DNA of 64,000 bases, taken from contig OY782781.1 of NCBI GenBank assembly GCA_963678315.1, positions 2,924,752-2,988,751 of the forward strand, read 5' to 3'. Both the position numbers and the translations under genes were made by a program. The stretch comes from Candidatus Cloacimonadales bacterium (lineage in GTDB: Bacteria > Cloacimonadota > Cloacimonadia > Cloacimonadales > JAFGVF01). Positions 1-11,062 of the stretch are shown one piece after another; the stretch's first letter is position 1, and every line of letters starts with the position of its first letter. Below the pieces are notes generated by a model. The model searched no databases and was not told the DNA's origin. It worked only from the letters and a program-made list of their open reading frames with translations.

Positions 1-177
1 GCAAAACATGCTTATTACCAGAAACTTAACACACTATTCCCTCTTCAAATATCATAGAAGAATACTCCCCTCTATAAACATATAGGGCACACTTTATTTA
101 TGTTCAGCACACTTTTTGAAAAAAGTTTAATTATTTAAATAAATTGGTACAATTTTATAAGTATAAAATTTTTTTAG

Positions 178-285
178 CTGATGAAGATAATTAATCACTC
201 TTCTCAAGCTGTTACTCTTAGATATATTGGTATCACTAAAGAGCAGATTGATGATGTTTATATTAATCTGGATAAGATACTATGA
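178..285 (+). pseudogene. C-terminal relic of a tyrosine recombinase/integrase
   Basis: Manual translation gives LMKIINHSSQAVTLRYIGITKEQIDDVYINLDKIL*, matching the box II H-S-S-x-x-x-T-x-R-Y motif with catalytic Tyr. An in-frame TAG lies directly upstream (175-177), so there is no intact N-terminus. Confidence 0.7.
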
Positions 286-339
286 TTATTGAAGTTCATT
301 TTCTCCCAAGTGAGAAAGTGAATTTTGTTTATTATTTTT

Positions 340-3300
340 CTATTCAGCAAGCTTATTTACTCGTTCTTTATATTGTTCTTTAAGCAATCTATCATGCTTA
401 TTATCAGATGGTAATGAATCTACAAACTCATTCAAATCAGATAGAAACTCCTCTCGAAGTTCTATTGATTCTTTAGTTTGTTCTGGTTTAAGTTCTAATG
501 ATTCATTTAGATTATAAATTGAAATCACATTATCAATATATGTAGGTACTTCTCGTGGTAAAAATGTTTCCCAAGGTATTGATGTATCATTGTTAAGAAT
601 TTTAGTTAAACTATCACTATATAAACTGAAACAAGAACGACTAAACCTATAGTTGTTGTATATAGGAACAAACCAGTAACAATATATATCAGTGGTATTA
701 TTATTCTGCAAATCATTTACAATATTCAAAATATCTTGAAAATTCATTATTGGTTCACTTGGTGCATAAAACAGTACGATATTCTTTATATGTCCATATA
801 CAACAATCTTATTAAATAATTCTACTGACGGAGGTAAAGTTTCTTTAATTTTTTGCAATATATTATTTTCTTTTTCAACCCTCATTTCTTTTATACAATC
901 AATAGGGTTTCTAACTTTGATTGATGATTTTGTACTCCATAAATAATCAAGTAAATCATAAACATCTTGATAGTATTGAAGCTCTGTTTCGTTTATCTGA
1001 CTAATATTGAAGAAATCAGTATTATCTTTAAAATAGTCATTGAAGAAAGAATGAACCTTAGATATGTGATTTATTGAATCATACAGGTTGTGCAAACACA
1101 ATTTGTGTTCTTTATTAGTCCCTAATATAATAGTATTGAATTGTGTATAAAATTTGCTGATTGATGTTGCCCAATTATTCAAATCATCATTTGAAACCAT
1201 TCTTTTAACATTGAATGATAATGATTTTATTATAGATATCTGATCTATTGTTTTTCCTCCAATATGAATCACTTGCGAGTAAAGTTTGTGCATTTTGGGC
1301 AATAAATGATCTAAATCATTAGGTTTAACTCCATTGAGATAAAATAATCTTAGTTCAGTCATTATATTAAAAGATGTTCTTCTAAAATCGTTCCAATACC
1401 CTTGTAAATCATAACTAGTTTTAGGTAAGAAAGGTATAATCATTTGTCTATATAATTCTGAATAAATCATTGTAACAAAGCTTGGTTGCAGATTCTTAGG
1501 GGGGGTATGTTTTGTATTTTTACTAGCATTTGGCACTAAACCACCAATATTTATTTCCTTTGGTCGACTATCATATCTATTATATCCAGGATATATCATG
1601 TATAGTTTTTCTAATTTTTTTGAAGCAATATTAAGATATTCCGTATCACCTGCTAAAATAGGACAAAATTCAATAATGATTGAATCTTTGTTTTCAATAA
1701 TGTTGTGGCAACTCAAATTATACTTCACTGAGTCTTGTAAGTTTTTTTGATTTTGCTTTATGAATTTCAAATAAAGATCATAATTGTAATTAAATAAACC
1801 AAATGTAAAATAACAAAGTTCACTAAAATCGACCTTATCAATTTCAATTTCCTTAATTATAATTGAAAGTTCATTACTTAAATTACATTCAAATTTAACT
1901 AAATTTATCCAATATAAAAATATACCTATATCCTTAATATTTTTAAGATGTGTCTTTATATCAATACTCTGCAAGAAATAAAGAATGTATTCATAACTAT
2001 TCAAATCTTTACTGAATCGGCTAACAATATCTCGTAATTTTGGGTAGAAACCCTTAACAGACTCATTAAGAGCTGATACAAATCCAAGGTTTTTGCCAAT
2101 TAATGATAATTCATAAGATATTATCATTAATGAACCAAATCCTGTTAAGCTATATGCTTTATTAATTAAAGTAATGTTATTTGCAACATATTTACATACT
2201 GAAGCTGAGTAAAATGCTTTCAACACATTGATTACAGATGCTAAATCAAGGGTAGAAAAGAAACTTTTAGATTTATCGATAAAATTATTATACTCAATAT
2301 CATAGTTAGTTAGAATATTATAGACTGTACTGTATATGTTTGATAATGAACAATATGGTAGTATTTGATTCAAAGTATTAATAACGGGAATGTATTTATC
2401 GTGTAGTATTTCAACAAGATGTTTTGATCTAGTCTGATGTAGTCCGGTAAAATAATCTCCGTTCTCCATAATATATTCGTTGTTTAGAGTATTTAAGATT
2501 ATTTGAGTATCTTCGTATAGTGGGATAAGTTTTACAATTTCATCTATAGGAATGTATATATCTAACATATGTGCAAGTGAAACTAACCTGATAATATTTT
2601 TCTTTGTTACTGAATAATTTCCATATGATAGTTCTCTAATTTGATCATTCAACCTATCTTTTAACAGGATTCCTTTTGTACTTAAGTATACATATTCAAT
2701 TAATAATCTAGGTTTATCAAGCAACTCGAATGGTTGAAGATAAGACTTGAAACTTTTGCAAACTAGTCCTTTATCGTTTAACTTCTTAAAAACACTTTCA
2801 GCTTCCGAATCATCTAAGTAAACATCCACAACTTTAAACTCGAAATTGCTAATAGGTATATGATTCCAGTTTTCTTGCCTAATTGTTATCAAAAAATTAA
2901 TATCTTTATCTTGGCACTGTGAGATAATTTTTGATTTATATCTAAAGCTTGCTTTAACATCATCAATAAGTATTAAAATTGGTAAACCTAATTTACAAAT
3001 ACTATTTAGATACCTGACAACACTTACTGCTTCATTTTCAGATTCAACATTATTTATAATATATATTTGATTTTCGTTATAAAATTCCAAAGCATATTGA
3101 TACATCAACGTTGTCTTTCCTTGTCCACTAGAAGCTCTAAGAAAAACAACATCAGACTTATCATTAATGTCATTGAATTTATTGAATATGTAATTAATCC
3201 AATTTGATCTTTTTATCCCACATTTATCTTTTATATGGCTAGGTAATGTGTATTTTCCATTATAAAAATCATCTTCTTTTGACGTATTTGACCAATCTAC

Positions 3301-4008
3301 TCTTGAAATAAGTCCTTCCCCATAAGCATTATATTCTTCAGAAGCAATAGTCTCTTGAGTATTGGTACAGATATTTGATATTATATCATAAGTAATATTA
3401 CCACGATTTATAGAAACATTATAAAACTGAGCTAGTAATACATCATGAATATATTTTGCAGTTTCTTCTAAGCAATTACATTCAGAAATTATCATTTCAA
3501 CATTTTGCTGTTCTAATTCGTGTTTCGAGTGTATTTCTAGATTAATTTTAGAAAGTAGTTCATCTATTTCTTGATTGGATAAAGAGATAGTTGTATCGTC
3601 CACTATCTTCTTTTTTAATTTTTTCTTTTTCAGGAAATCTTTAACTGATGTTGCAAATTTTTTATTTGTTATTACCTTAAAATCTCTAGTCTTATCTACA
3701 ACATATATCTTTGCAAAACCAACTACAATTTCACTAAAGTCTGTCCAATTGAGCTCACTCTTTCTATATTTTACTTGTATATAAGAAGAACTATTTTTAC
3801 ATTCTGAACCAACTTTATCTTTGATATTTTTTAATAGGTCTATATCTTCGATACCTTCTAATGTTAATACATCTTCTCTATTTGAAAATAATGAACATCC
3901 AAGATTTACAGAAAATAATATTTGATAGTAAAATCCATTTATGCTTACTGCTCCATGATATCTTTTACTTAATAATATTTCTAACCCAATATTAGCATAA
4001 TCTTTCAT
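340..4008 (-). CDS. Large N-terminal PD-(D/E)XK-like nuclease + P-loop (STAND-like) NTPase; probable anti-phage defence protein
   Basis: N-terminal GFYYQ...LEGIEDID...YIQVK nuclease-like motif, Walker A ASSGQGKTT, Walker B ILILIDD, long C-terminal region. ATG at 4008 has a GAGGT RBS (the ORF track starts at TTG 4035). Confidence 0.7.
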   Translation of the reverse strand: MKDYANIGLEILLSKRYHGAVSINGFYYQILFSVNLGCSLFSNREDVLTLEGIEDIDLLKNIKDKVGSECKNSSSYIQVKYRKSELNWTDFSEIVVGFAKIYVVDKTRDFKVITNKKFATSVKDFLKKKKLKKKIVDDTTISLSNQEIDELLSKINLEIHSKHELEQQNVEMIISECNCLEETAKYIHDVLLAQFYNVSINRGNITYDIISNICTNTQETIASEEYNAYGEGLISRVDWSNTSKEDDFYNGKYTLPSHIKDKCGIKRSNWINYIFNKFNDINDKSDVVFLRASSGQGKTTLMYQYALEFYNENQIYIINNVESENEAVSVVRYLNSICKLGLPILILIDDVKASFRYKSKIISQCQDKDINFLITIRQENWNHIPISNFEFKVVDVYLDDSEAESVFKKLNDKGLVCKSFKSYLQPFELLDKPRLLIEYVYLSTKGILLKDRLNDQIRELSYGNYSVTKKNIIRLVSLAHMLDIYIPIDEIVKLIPLYEDTQIILNTLNNEYIMENGDYFTGLHQTRSKHLVEILHDKYIPVINTLNQILPYCSLSNIYSTVYNILTNYDIEYNNFIDKSKSFFSTLDLASVINVLKAFYSASVCKYVANNITLINKAYSLTGFGSLMIISYELSLIGKNLGFVSALNESVKGFYPKLRDIVSRFSKDLNSYEYILYFLQSIDIKTHLKNIKDIGIFLYWINLVKFECNLSNELSIIIKEIEIDKVDFSELCYFTFGLFNYNYDLYLKFIKQNQKNLQDSVKYNLSCHNIIENKDSIIIEFCPILAGDTEYLNIASKKLEKLYMIYPGYNRYDSRPKEINIGGLVPNASKNTKHTPPKNLQPSFVTMIYSELYRQMIIPFLPKTSYDLQGYWNDFRRTSFNIMTELRLFYLNGVKPNDLDHLLPKMHKLYSQVIHIGGKTIDQISIIKSLSFNVKRMVSNDDLNNWATSISKFYTQFNTIILGTNKEHKLCLHNLYDSINHISKVHSFFNDYFKDNTDFFNISQINETELQYYQDVYDLLDYLWSTKSSIKVRNPIDCIKEMRVEKENNILQKIKETLPPSVELFNKIVVYGHIKNIVLFYAPSEPIMNFQDILNIVNDLQNNNTTDIYCYWFVPIYNNYRFSRSCFSLYSDSLTKILNNDTSIPWETFLPREVPTYIDNVISIYNLNESLELKPEQTKESIELREEFLSDLNEFVDSLPSDNKHDRLLKEQYKERVNKLAE

Positions 4009-4281
4009 TCCTATAACCTCTCTCTTACCCCTCAAACGTCTCTCTCAACACTGCTTGCATCAAGTGTTCAAATGTCTCTTTATTAACTTTATTTTTCATC
4101 ATTAAGTTAGGATAAATATATTGTGTGCAAGTTTCTCTTTCAGTTAGATCTTTTTTTAACATCTAATCTCCTCTATGCAACCAAAATTACAAGTAATGTT
4201 ACTAAATTTCATCAATCCATTATCAATTATTTAATTAGTCAAGTAAAAAAGCAATTTTTTAATACAGTGATTTGTACATTA

Positions 4282-4529
4282 TTAATGCAGACGAACAGAC
4301 CACTTCTCAAAGGCAACACCTGAACCTGTCTTGAGGTACGTTCAAATTGATGTGCTTTGTTCTCATCTGAAAAGGATGTATATGTTACTAGTTCCCAAGG
4401 TTTGTATTTCTTGGTGTGATATGATTTGCCGGAGTTGTGGGCTATTAAACGTTGTTTTAAGTCTGAGGTTTTACCAGTATAATACCTTTCTGGAAAATTG
4501 ATGCTTCTTATGATATAAACGTAATACAT
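4282..4529 (-). pseudogene. Small GIY-YIG nuclease family protein, frameshifted near the C-terminus
   Basis: MYYVYIIRS...YYTGKTSDLKQRLIAHNSG motif. The family-typical C-terminus FERYLKTGSGVAF appears only after a 1-nt frameshift near 4338. Confidence 0.75.
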
Positions 4530-4622
4530 GTGCCCTACTCTTGTATATTTTTTTTTCTTTCTTTCTTTCTTTCTACTTCGCAATTTCCTACTCCTACAGT
4601 CGTAGTTGCTTCGTAGAATGTA

Positions 4623-5083
4623 ACTTCGCTATCAATTAATGAAACTTTTCCGCATACGGTACACCATACGAAGCTCCCATGAGTTTACGAATGGAAAAGA
4701 GCGAAACTATTTAGACTGTCCAACTTCGCTAAAGCTACGAAGGACATACTTCGCTATCAATTAATGAAACTTTTCCGCGTACGGTACACCATACGAAGCT
4801 CCCATGAGTTTACGAATGGAAAAGAGCGAAACTATTTAGACTGTCCAACTTCGCTAAAGCTACGAAGGACATACTTCGCTATCAATTAATGAAACTTTTC
4901 CGCGTACGGTACACCATACGAAGCTTTTGAAATGAGCGTAGCAAATGAAAAAAGCGAAACTATTTAGACTGTCCAACTTCGCTAAAGCTACGAAGGACAT
5001 ACTTCGCTATCAATTAATGAAACTTTTCCGCATACGGTACACCATACGAAGCTCCCATGAGTTTACGAATGGAAAAGAGCGAA
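4623..5083. repeat. Tandem repeat of ~125-bp unit (about 3.7 copies) abutting the tmRNA 3' end
   Basis: Units start at 4623, 4748, 4873 and 5001 (ACTTCGCTATCAATTAATGAAACTTTTCCGC...CTTCGCTAAAGCTACGAAGGACAT). Unit 3 carries a divergent internal segment. Confidence 0.95.
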
Positions 5084-5085
5084 GT

Positions 5086-5440
<355 letters not shown>

Positions 5441-5541
5441 ATTCATTTCAATCGGCAAACAGCTTGTTTGATATATTATTATTAAAAAAGCTTTAATGTC
5501 AAGTAATAATTAAGAATCAGTCTTAATTTCATAATATTTTA

Positions 5542-6033
5542 TTAACTTACAATATCAACAATCTTCTGCGAAACGTCATTCAATGATAAAGAGGAAGAGT
5601 CTATCTTTATAGTATTCATTTGATAATAAGACTCCTGCCTTTTTATTGAGTCAGCAATTTCTATTTGACTTCTTCCATCCTTTTTAAGTCGCTTTTCAAG
5701 TACATCTAAGTCAGAGCAAACTAGTGATATCTTATAAGTTTTCACTCCCTTAAGATTAAGATTATCAGTTATTCTTTTCATGAGTTTTTCATGTCCTATA
5801 ACCCAATTAAAGATAATATAGTGGAATTGTGAATTAGCTAGAAAGTTGTTTAGTACATGAAATATATTACTTTCTACCATTTCTTTATTTTTATCATTAA
5901 CAAGAAAGGGATTCATCATCCAGCACCAGTCTCCATCAAGCCAAACAGAAGCATTCAATGATTGATAAAGTATTGATGCTACGCTTGTTTTACCACTTCC
6001 GGGGGCACCATTGATAATAATTAACTTCTTCAT
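5542..6033 (-). CDS. P-loop nucleotide kinase-like (AAA family) protein
   Basis: N-terminal GAPGSGKT Walker A, WLDGDWCW motif, 163 aa. Confidence 0.8.
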   Translation of the reverse strand: MKKLIIINGAPGSGKTSVASILYQSLNASVWLDGDWCWMMNPFLVNDKNKEMVESNIFHVLNNFLANSQFHYIIFNWVIGHEKLMKRITDNLNLKGVKTYKISLVCSDLDVLEKRLKKDGRSQIEIADSIKRQESYYQMNTIKIDSSSLSLNDVSQKIVDIVS

Positions 6034-6139
6034 ATTTACCTCATGCTAATTAGATTAGCTGTCTGCTTTTTGTCTAGAACTTTAAGAAAATATTTGACTT
6101 TGAGTATAGTTTATGTATTTATTGGTTTATGGAGGATTT

Positions 6140-9100
6140 ATGGAAGTTAAAATAGTCCCTTACAATGATAAATACGCAAAAGCAGTAGCGGTAATGTGGA
6201 GCCAGAGTAGCCAAGGTTGGAACGGATCTGAAATGTCTTTTTCAGAAGAGTCTGTAATCAATGAAGAAAAGAAAGGGAAAGTTGCAACAAATCTTGCCCT
6301 TTCAGGAGATAAAGTAGTAGGTTATTGTAATTTAGAAAGCGGTAAATTCGCTGATGCATATTATATTGGGCTATTAAATGTTCTTCCTGAGATGCACGGT
6401 AAAAAGATTGGGAAAAGGCTAATTTTGAAGGCACTTGATAAAACAATTGAAGATGGTATTAAGAGGTTAGATCTTCATACTTGGAGTGGGAATACTTTAG
6501 CTGTCCCATTGTATAAGAAGACTGGTTTTCTATGGCGAGAATCGCCTCAAGGTGTCCATTTAGTAAATTATATACCATATCTATTAACCCATGACTTCTT
6601 CAAAGAATTTTTTGCTAAGCTTGATTGGTATAAAGATAGAAGTGATGAGATAATTGTTGAGCCAGATGGTAGACTGATTGATAATTTTTATGTATATGAA
6701 TATAGTTGGAAGAACAATCAAGAAGAGTTAACTATTATTATTGAAGACAATGGAAAATCTATATGCGGAATAGAAACAAAAGATTATTCACTTTCAATAG
6801 CCTGTCCCAACAAAGATTTAACAATTGGTCAGGAGCATATTGCAGAAGTCACATTTACTCCAAAGCAGGATAAAAACTTCGATTTAATAATAGATGGTGT
6901 AAGTAATAAGTATGTTAACATGGATTTTCATACAAAGGATGTTACTAATCAGAAGAAAACATTCCCACTAGCATTCTCATTGAATCCGCAAGATAATAGT
7001 TTTGTAGCTTTACCATCACTTCCTACGGTAGGATGCAATATTTCTATTAATGCCAAGAGCATAGCTTTAGGTTTGGGAATTAATCCCATCTATGCAGTAG
7101 ATTTAAAGTTTGAAAGTAAACAAGACTTCTTTATAAAAAACAGTCAAACTGAAGTTTTACTTTGGTGCAAAAACAATTCTGATAAGGATATAGAGATAGA
7201 GATTGATTTATCTAGCCTTGAGTGCTATACAGGAAATAATCTTTCTATTTCTATCAATTCTCATAAAGAAGCAAGTCTCACCGTGCCTCTTACAATGACT
7301 CAATCTATGTCAGGCAAATATATAATACCTGTTAAGTTCATAGATACAGATATTCGAGCTATGATTCCTATGGAAGTATGCCTGGTGCTTCATAATGAAT
7401 CAAAGTTAAGTGAGTTTAAATCTTGCCTTTTTTATTCTTACAACAACATCAATTATGTATTAACGAAGTCAGGAAACCGAATTTTAAGAGTTAATAATAA
7501 TGATTGTTTTTCACATTTGAACTTACCTATCTTAGGAGATAATTATACAAATGAATTTATTAAAGATGGTTATGAAGGTGCTGAAGTAGATTCACATAAT
7601 ATGTCTGTAACAGAAACAATGTTCAGTAATATTTATCCAGGTCTTAGGATTGTTAGAATTACAAGTTTTGATAGAAATCATGTTAATGTACGTTTATCGG
7701 CTTTTAACGATTCAGCAAAGCAAATATCTAATATAAAACTTGCTCAAGGAATTGGAGGTTATCCACGATATCAGCACACTTATAAAGATGGAATATATAA
7801 TCGAGGAATTGACTATCCTGATTTAGATCCTAAAAATATAACAGAACCATGGTTGCTCTATAAAAAAGACAATAGTTCTATCTTAATGCTCTTTTCTGAA
7901 CATGATTCTTTTGAGATAATCGGCTGGCAATGGCATTTAAAAAAAGCTATAGATAGCCTCTCTGCTAAGCAAGAATGCATCGTGTTTGATATTAATTATT
8001 ACTTTGACTTAGTCTCTAATTATCAGCAAGTTAGAAGGAATTTCTTTAATAAAGAAGGATTTTTAAAAGAATACAGTCTCTTTAACGTAAATACATCTGA
8101 CAACAATCCAGTTTATGATATTGATAAGACCCAGAAACTAGAATTTAGTATAGAAGCAGTGGATATAGGAAGAGCTAATGTAGAATGCAATGGTCATGAA
8201 ATTGCAATCTCAAACAACAATTTTAAAGATAGCTTTGATGCACTAAAAGAAGTTGGTTTAAATACTTATATCTTAAATTTTAACCAGTCCAATTGCCAAT
8301 TTACCTATAAAAAGTGTTTCTTAGCTTTTAAAGCGGGATCACCTATAACTAAGAAAGAAGATGACAGTCTAATTGTTAGCAATGCTTTCATAGAGATCTC
8401 AAGTGATATCAAACATCATCCAGGAATATATTCACTAAAGATAGATAATCAGGAGATCCTAGACATATCTTATCCAAATCCTAAACCTCACGGCTGGTAC
8501 AATCCTTGGTATGGTGGAATTGCTCTTACAGATCAACACAATGGGGCAGGTAGACTTATGAAAGAAGCATCAAGTCAGAAATTTGTATCTGTAAATGACG
8601 ATTTTGGTAATTTATGGGAAGGTATTAGACTATCAACAAAATATAGTCAGGCTGATGACTGGAAAGAAGATGTAACAATTAACCAGTTCTATTTACTGCT
8701 AGCAAATTCACCTGTAATGATTGCTTTTGCTCTTTTTGATTATTCTCACAAGAAAATTGATTCTAACAAAAATTGGAATCTTGAAGTATTCCTTGGGGGG
8801 GCTGACTTAAAGAATTATTCTGTTATAGCTAAAGAAGATAATATTCAATATAGAAAAATCAACTGTGGTATTTCCCAGAATTCATTAGAATCTAGAGTTT
8901 TACAAGTAAAGAGAAAAGACTGTCATAGCTTCATCTTCTTTTCTTCTAACCCTAATAAAGACTCTTATGCTGTAGGAGCTGACAGATTTTTGAATCTTAC
9001 AAGTAGCAACTTCCTTAAGAGAAAGAAAATCTCTGATAAAAAAGTAATATCCGATATTCAGTTCATGGTATTTACTGAAGATCTCCCTGAATCAGAGGAG

Positions 9101-9145
9101 TTACATAAAATTCGAGAGATTTCTTTTAACTCTTTATTGAAATGA
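6140..9145 (+). CDS. GNAT N-acetyltransferase with large C-terminal region
   Basis: GNAT motif A (LNVLPEMHGKKIGKRL) and LYKKTGF. GGAGG RBS before ATG 6140. Confidence 0.8.
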   Translation: MEVKIVPYNDKYAKAVAVMWSQSSQGWNGSEMSFSEESVINEEKKGKVATNLALSGDKVVGYCNLESGKFADAYYIGLLNVLPEMHGKKIGKRLILKALDKTIEDGIKRLDLHTWSGNTLAVPLYKKTGFLWRESPQGVHLVNYIPYLLTHDFFKEFFAKLDWYKDRSDEIIVEPDGRLIDNFYVYEYSWKNNQEELTIIIEDNGKSICGIETKDYSLSIACPNKDLTIGQEHIAEVTFTPKQDKNFDLIIDGVSNKYVNMDFHTKDVTNQKKTFPLAFSLNPQDNSFVALPSLPTVGCNISINAKSIALGLGINPIYAVDLKFESKQDFFIKNSQTEVLLWCKNNSDKDIEIEIDLSSLECYTGNNLSISINSHKEASLTVPLTMTQSMSGKYIIPVKFIDTDIRAMIPMEVCLVLHNESKLSEFKSCLFYSYNNINYVLTKSGNRILRVNNNDCFSHLNLPILGDNYTNEFIKDGYEGAEVDSHNMSVTETMFSNIYPGLRIVRITSFDRNHVNVRLSAFNDSAKQISNIKLAQGIGGYPRYQHTYKDGIYNRGIDYPDLDPKNITEPWLLYKKDNSSILMLFSEHDSFEIIGWQWHLKKAIDSLSAKQECIVFDINYYFDLVSNYQQVRRNFFNKEGFLKEYSLFNVNTSDNNPVYDIDKTQKLEFSIEAVDIGRANVECNGHEIAISNNNFKDSFDALKEVGLNTYILNFNQSNCQFTYKKCFLAFKAGSPITKKEDDSLIVSNAFIEISSDIKHHPGIYSLKIDNQEILDISYPNPKPHGWYNPWYGGIALTDQHNGAGRLMKEASSQKFVSVNDDFGNLWEGIRLSTKYSQADDWKEDVTINQFYLLLANSPVMIAFALFDYSHKKIDSNKNWNLEVFLGGADLKNYSVIAKEDNIQYRKINCGISQNSLESRVLQVKRKDCHSFIFFSSNPNKDSYAVGADRFLNLTSSNFLKRKKISDKKVISDIQFMVFTEDLPESEELHKIREISFNSLLK

Positions 9146-9275
9146 TGAAATGATACACGTCCCAGAGTAACAACTTAGGAAAACATGTTCAGAGCCTTGA
9201 AAAATCAAGGCTCTTTGTTTTTGCTTTATTTCCCAAAATAAAATCTGCAATAGACTAACTAAAGCATTAGTCGAA

Positions 9276-9476
9276 GAGACCTTTTTTCCAAACATCTCTA
9301 CATCCTTACTTGCCTCATTGAAAAAAAGCCGATTTTTCAAGGAGACCCTTAAGGAAGGAGTTATGAGTGCGGAGTGAGGAGTTATGAATTAGGACAGGAG
9401 TCTCGGAGGGACGACATGGACATACTGGGATCGCTAGCCTCTGTGCTGGCTTCACTTAGAACATAGTGATAAGTGA
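9276..9476. repeat. Composite palindromic dispersed repeat (inverted copy at 34278-34440)
   Basis: Shares GAGAC..TTTTCCAAAC.TCTCTACATCCTTACTTGCC, TTGAAAAAAAGCCGATTTTTCAAG and GGATCGCTAGCCTCTGTGCTGGCTTCACTTAGAAC modules with the reverse complement of 34278-34440. Confidence 0.85.
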
Positions 9477-9478
9477 GC

Positions 9479-10338
9479 CCATCAAGCTGATGGCCTTCCG
9501 ACTTTGCAGGATAGCCGGCTATTCAAATACATAGAACACAGATAACACAGATTATACAGATAAAAAATGTTTAGATGTTTAGTTGTTAAGAGGTTTAATT
9601 GTTTAGGGTCTGGATTTGTGTAGCTTAGTGTTTTTTCGTGTCATTGTGTTAAATATGTTTTTAGTCCTGAAAGGACGACATTTATTAGCATGGGTCTTGC
9701 ACCCCATGTAACATGATATAAAAGGTTTTAGTCCCAGAGGGACGACATAATGAAAAATTAAAAGTGAATAATGAAAAATTATTGATGGACTGTAAGCATC
9801 CACCAATAGGTTGAAAATAGTTCATGCTTACACTAAGAGATGTTTTAAAACATCTCCATAAATTCACATATCACTATGTACTAAGTGAAGCCATCAAGCT
9901 GATGGCGTTCCGACTTTGCAGGATAGTCGGCTATTCAAATACATAGAACACAGATAACACAGATTATACAGATAAAAAATGTTTAGATGTTTAGTTGTTA
10001 AGAGGTTTAATTGTTTAGGGTCTGGATTTGTGTAGCTTAGTGTTTTTTCGTGTCATTGTGTTAAATATGTTTTTAGTCCTGAAAGGACGACATTTATTAG
10101 CATGGGGTCTTGCACCCCATGTAACATGATATAAAAGGTTTTAGTCCCAGAGGGACGACATAATGAAAAATTAAAAGTGAATAATGAAAAATTATTGATG
10201 GACTGTAAGCATCCATCAACAGGTTGAACATAGTTCATGCTTACACTAAGAGATGTTTTAAAACATCTCCATAAATTCACATATCACTATGTACTAAGTG
10301 AAGCCATCAAGCTGATGGCGTTCCGACTTTGCAGGATA
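9479..10338. repeat. Tandem duplication of ~412-413-bp non-coding, hairpin-rich unit (2 copies plus the start of a third)
   Basis: CCATCAAGCTGATGGC.TTCCGACTTTGCAGGATA recurs at 9479, 9891 and 10304, with near-identical sequence in between. Confidence 0.95.
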
Positions 10339-10406
10339 CTCTCAAAGGAGTAAACAAAAAAGCCCATGAGTTCTATCGTGGTTTAAGTCATGTCAAAATA
10401 AACAGG

Positions 10407-11060
10407 TTAAAAGAGTCCAGGAATTGTAGCTTGTGAACAAGGTGAGAATGATAGTCTATGGTGTTTTGTTATGCCATGCTTATCAATAGCTTGCATGTGT
10501 TCTTTAGTAGGATAGCCTTTATTCTTCTTCCAATTATAGACCGGATGTTTTTCATGGAGTTCAAGCATTATATTATCTCTAGTAACTTTTGCCAGCACTG
10601 AAGCAGCCGCGATTGAGAGATATTTGCTATCACCTTTAATGATAAATCTAGATTTACTAGCATTTCTAGGAGGAAGTTTATTGCCATCTATGAGACACAA
10701 GTCTGGATTAACTGACAAGGATTCGATAGCTCTATCCATTCCTTCCAGCGATGCCCATAAGATGTTAAGAGTGTCAATAGTTTCAGGGTCAATTAAGATT
10801 ATTGAATAAGATTGAGCATATTTTTTAATCAAAGGAAAAAGCTTATTTCTTTTACTTTCGGAGAGTTTCTTAGAATCATTTAATGTTTCTACTAAGTATT
10901 TAATCTCTTCATTGTCGTTATTTTCAAGTATATCTAAATTAAATGATACTGCAGCGCAGACAACAGGTCCGGCCAAAGGACCACGACCTGCTTCATCTGC
11001 TCCACAAACTATTTTATAATCTTTTAGTATCTTTAATTCATTATTTAGAAGTTCAGACAT
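10407..11060 (-). CDS. rnhB: Ribonuclease HII
   Basis: DEAGRGPLAGPV, DSKKL, IDGN, IAAASVLAKVTRD and KGYPT motifs. Confidence 0.97.
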   Translation of the reverse strand: MSELLNNELKILKDYKIVCGADEAGRGPLAGPVVCAAVSFNLDILENNDNEEIKYLVETLNDSKKLSESKRNKLFPLIKKYAQSYSIILIDPETIDTLNILWASLEGMDRAIESLSVNPDLCLIDGNKLPPRNASKSRFIIKGDSKYLSIAAASVLAKVTRDNIMLELHEKHPVYNWKKNKGYPTKEHMQAIDKHGITKHHRLSFSPCSQATIPGLF

Positions 11061-11062
11061 AA

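Noticed and set aside
4623..5083. CRISPR array
   Set aside because: The 125-bp units are repeated almost in full, with no unique spacers and no cas genes in the window.
9134..10280. Short ORFs 9134-9340, 9603-9806, 9685-9867 and 10053-10280
   Set aside because: They lie in palindromic repeats, the duplicated copies differ by a frameshift, and they contain no protein motifs.
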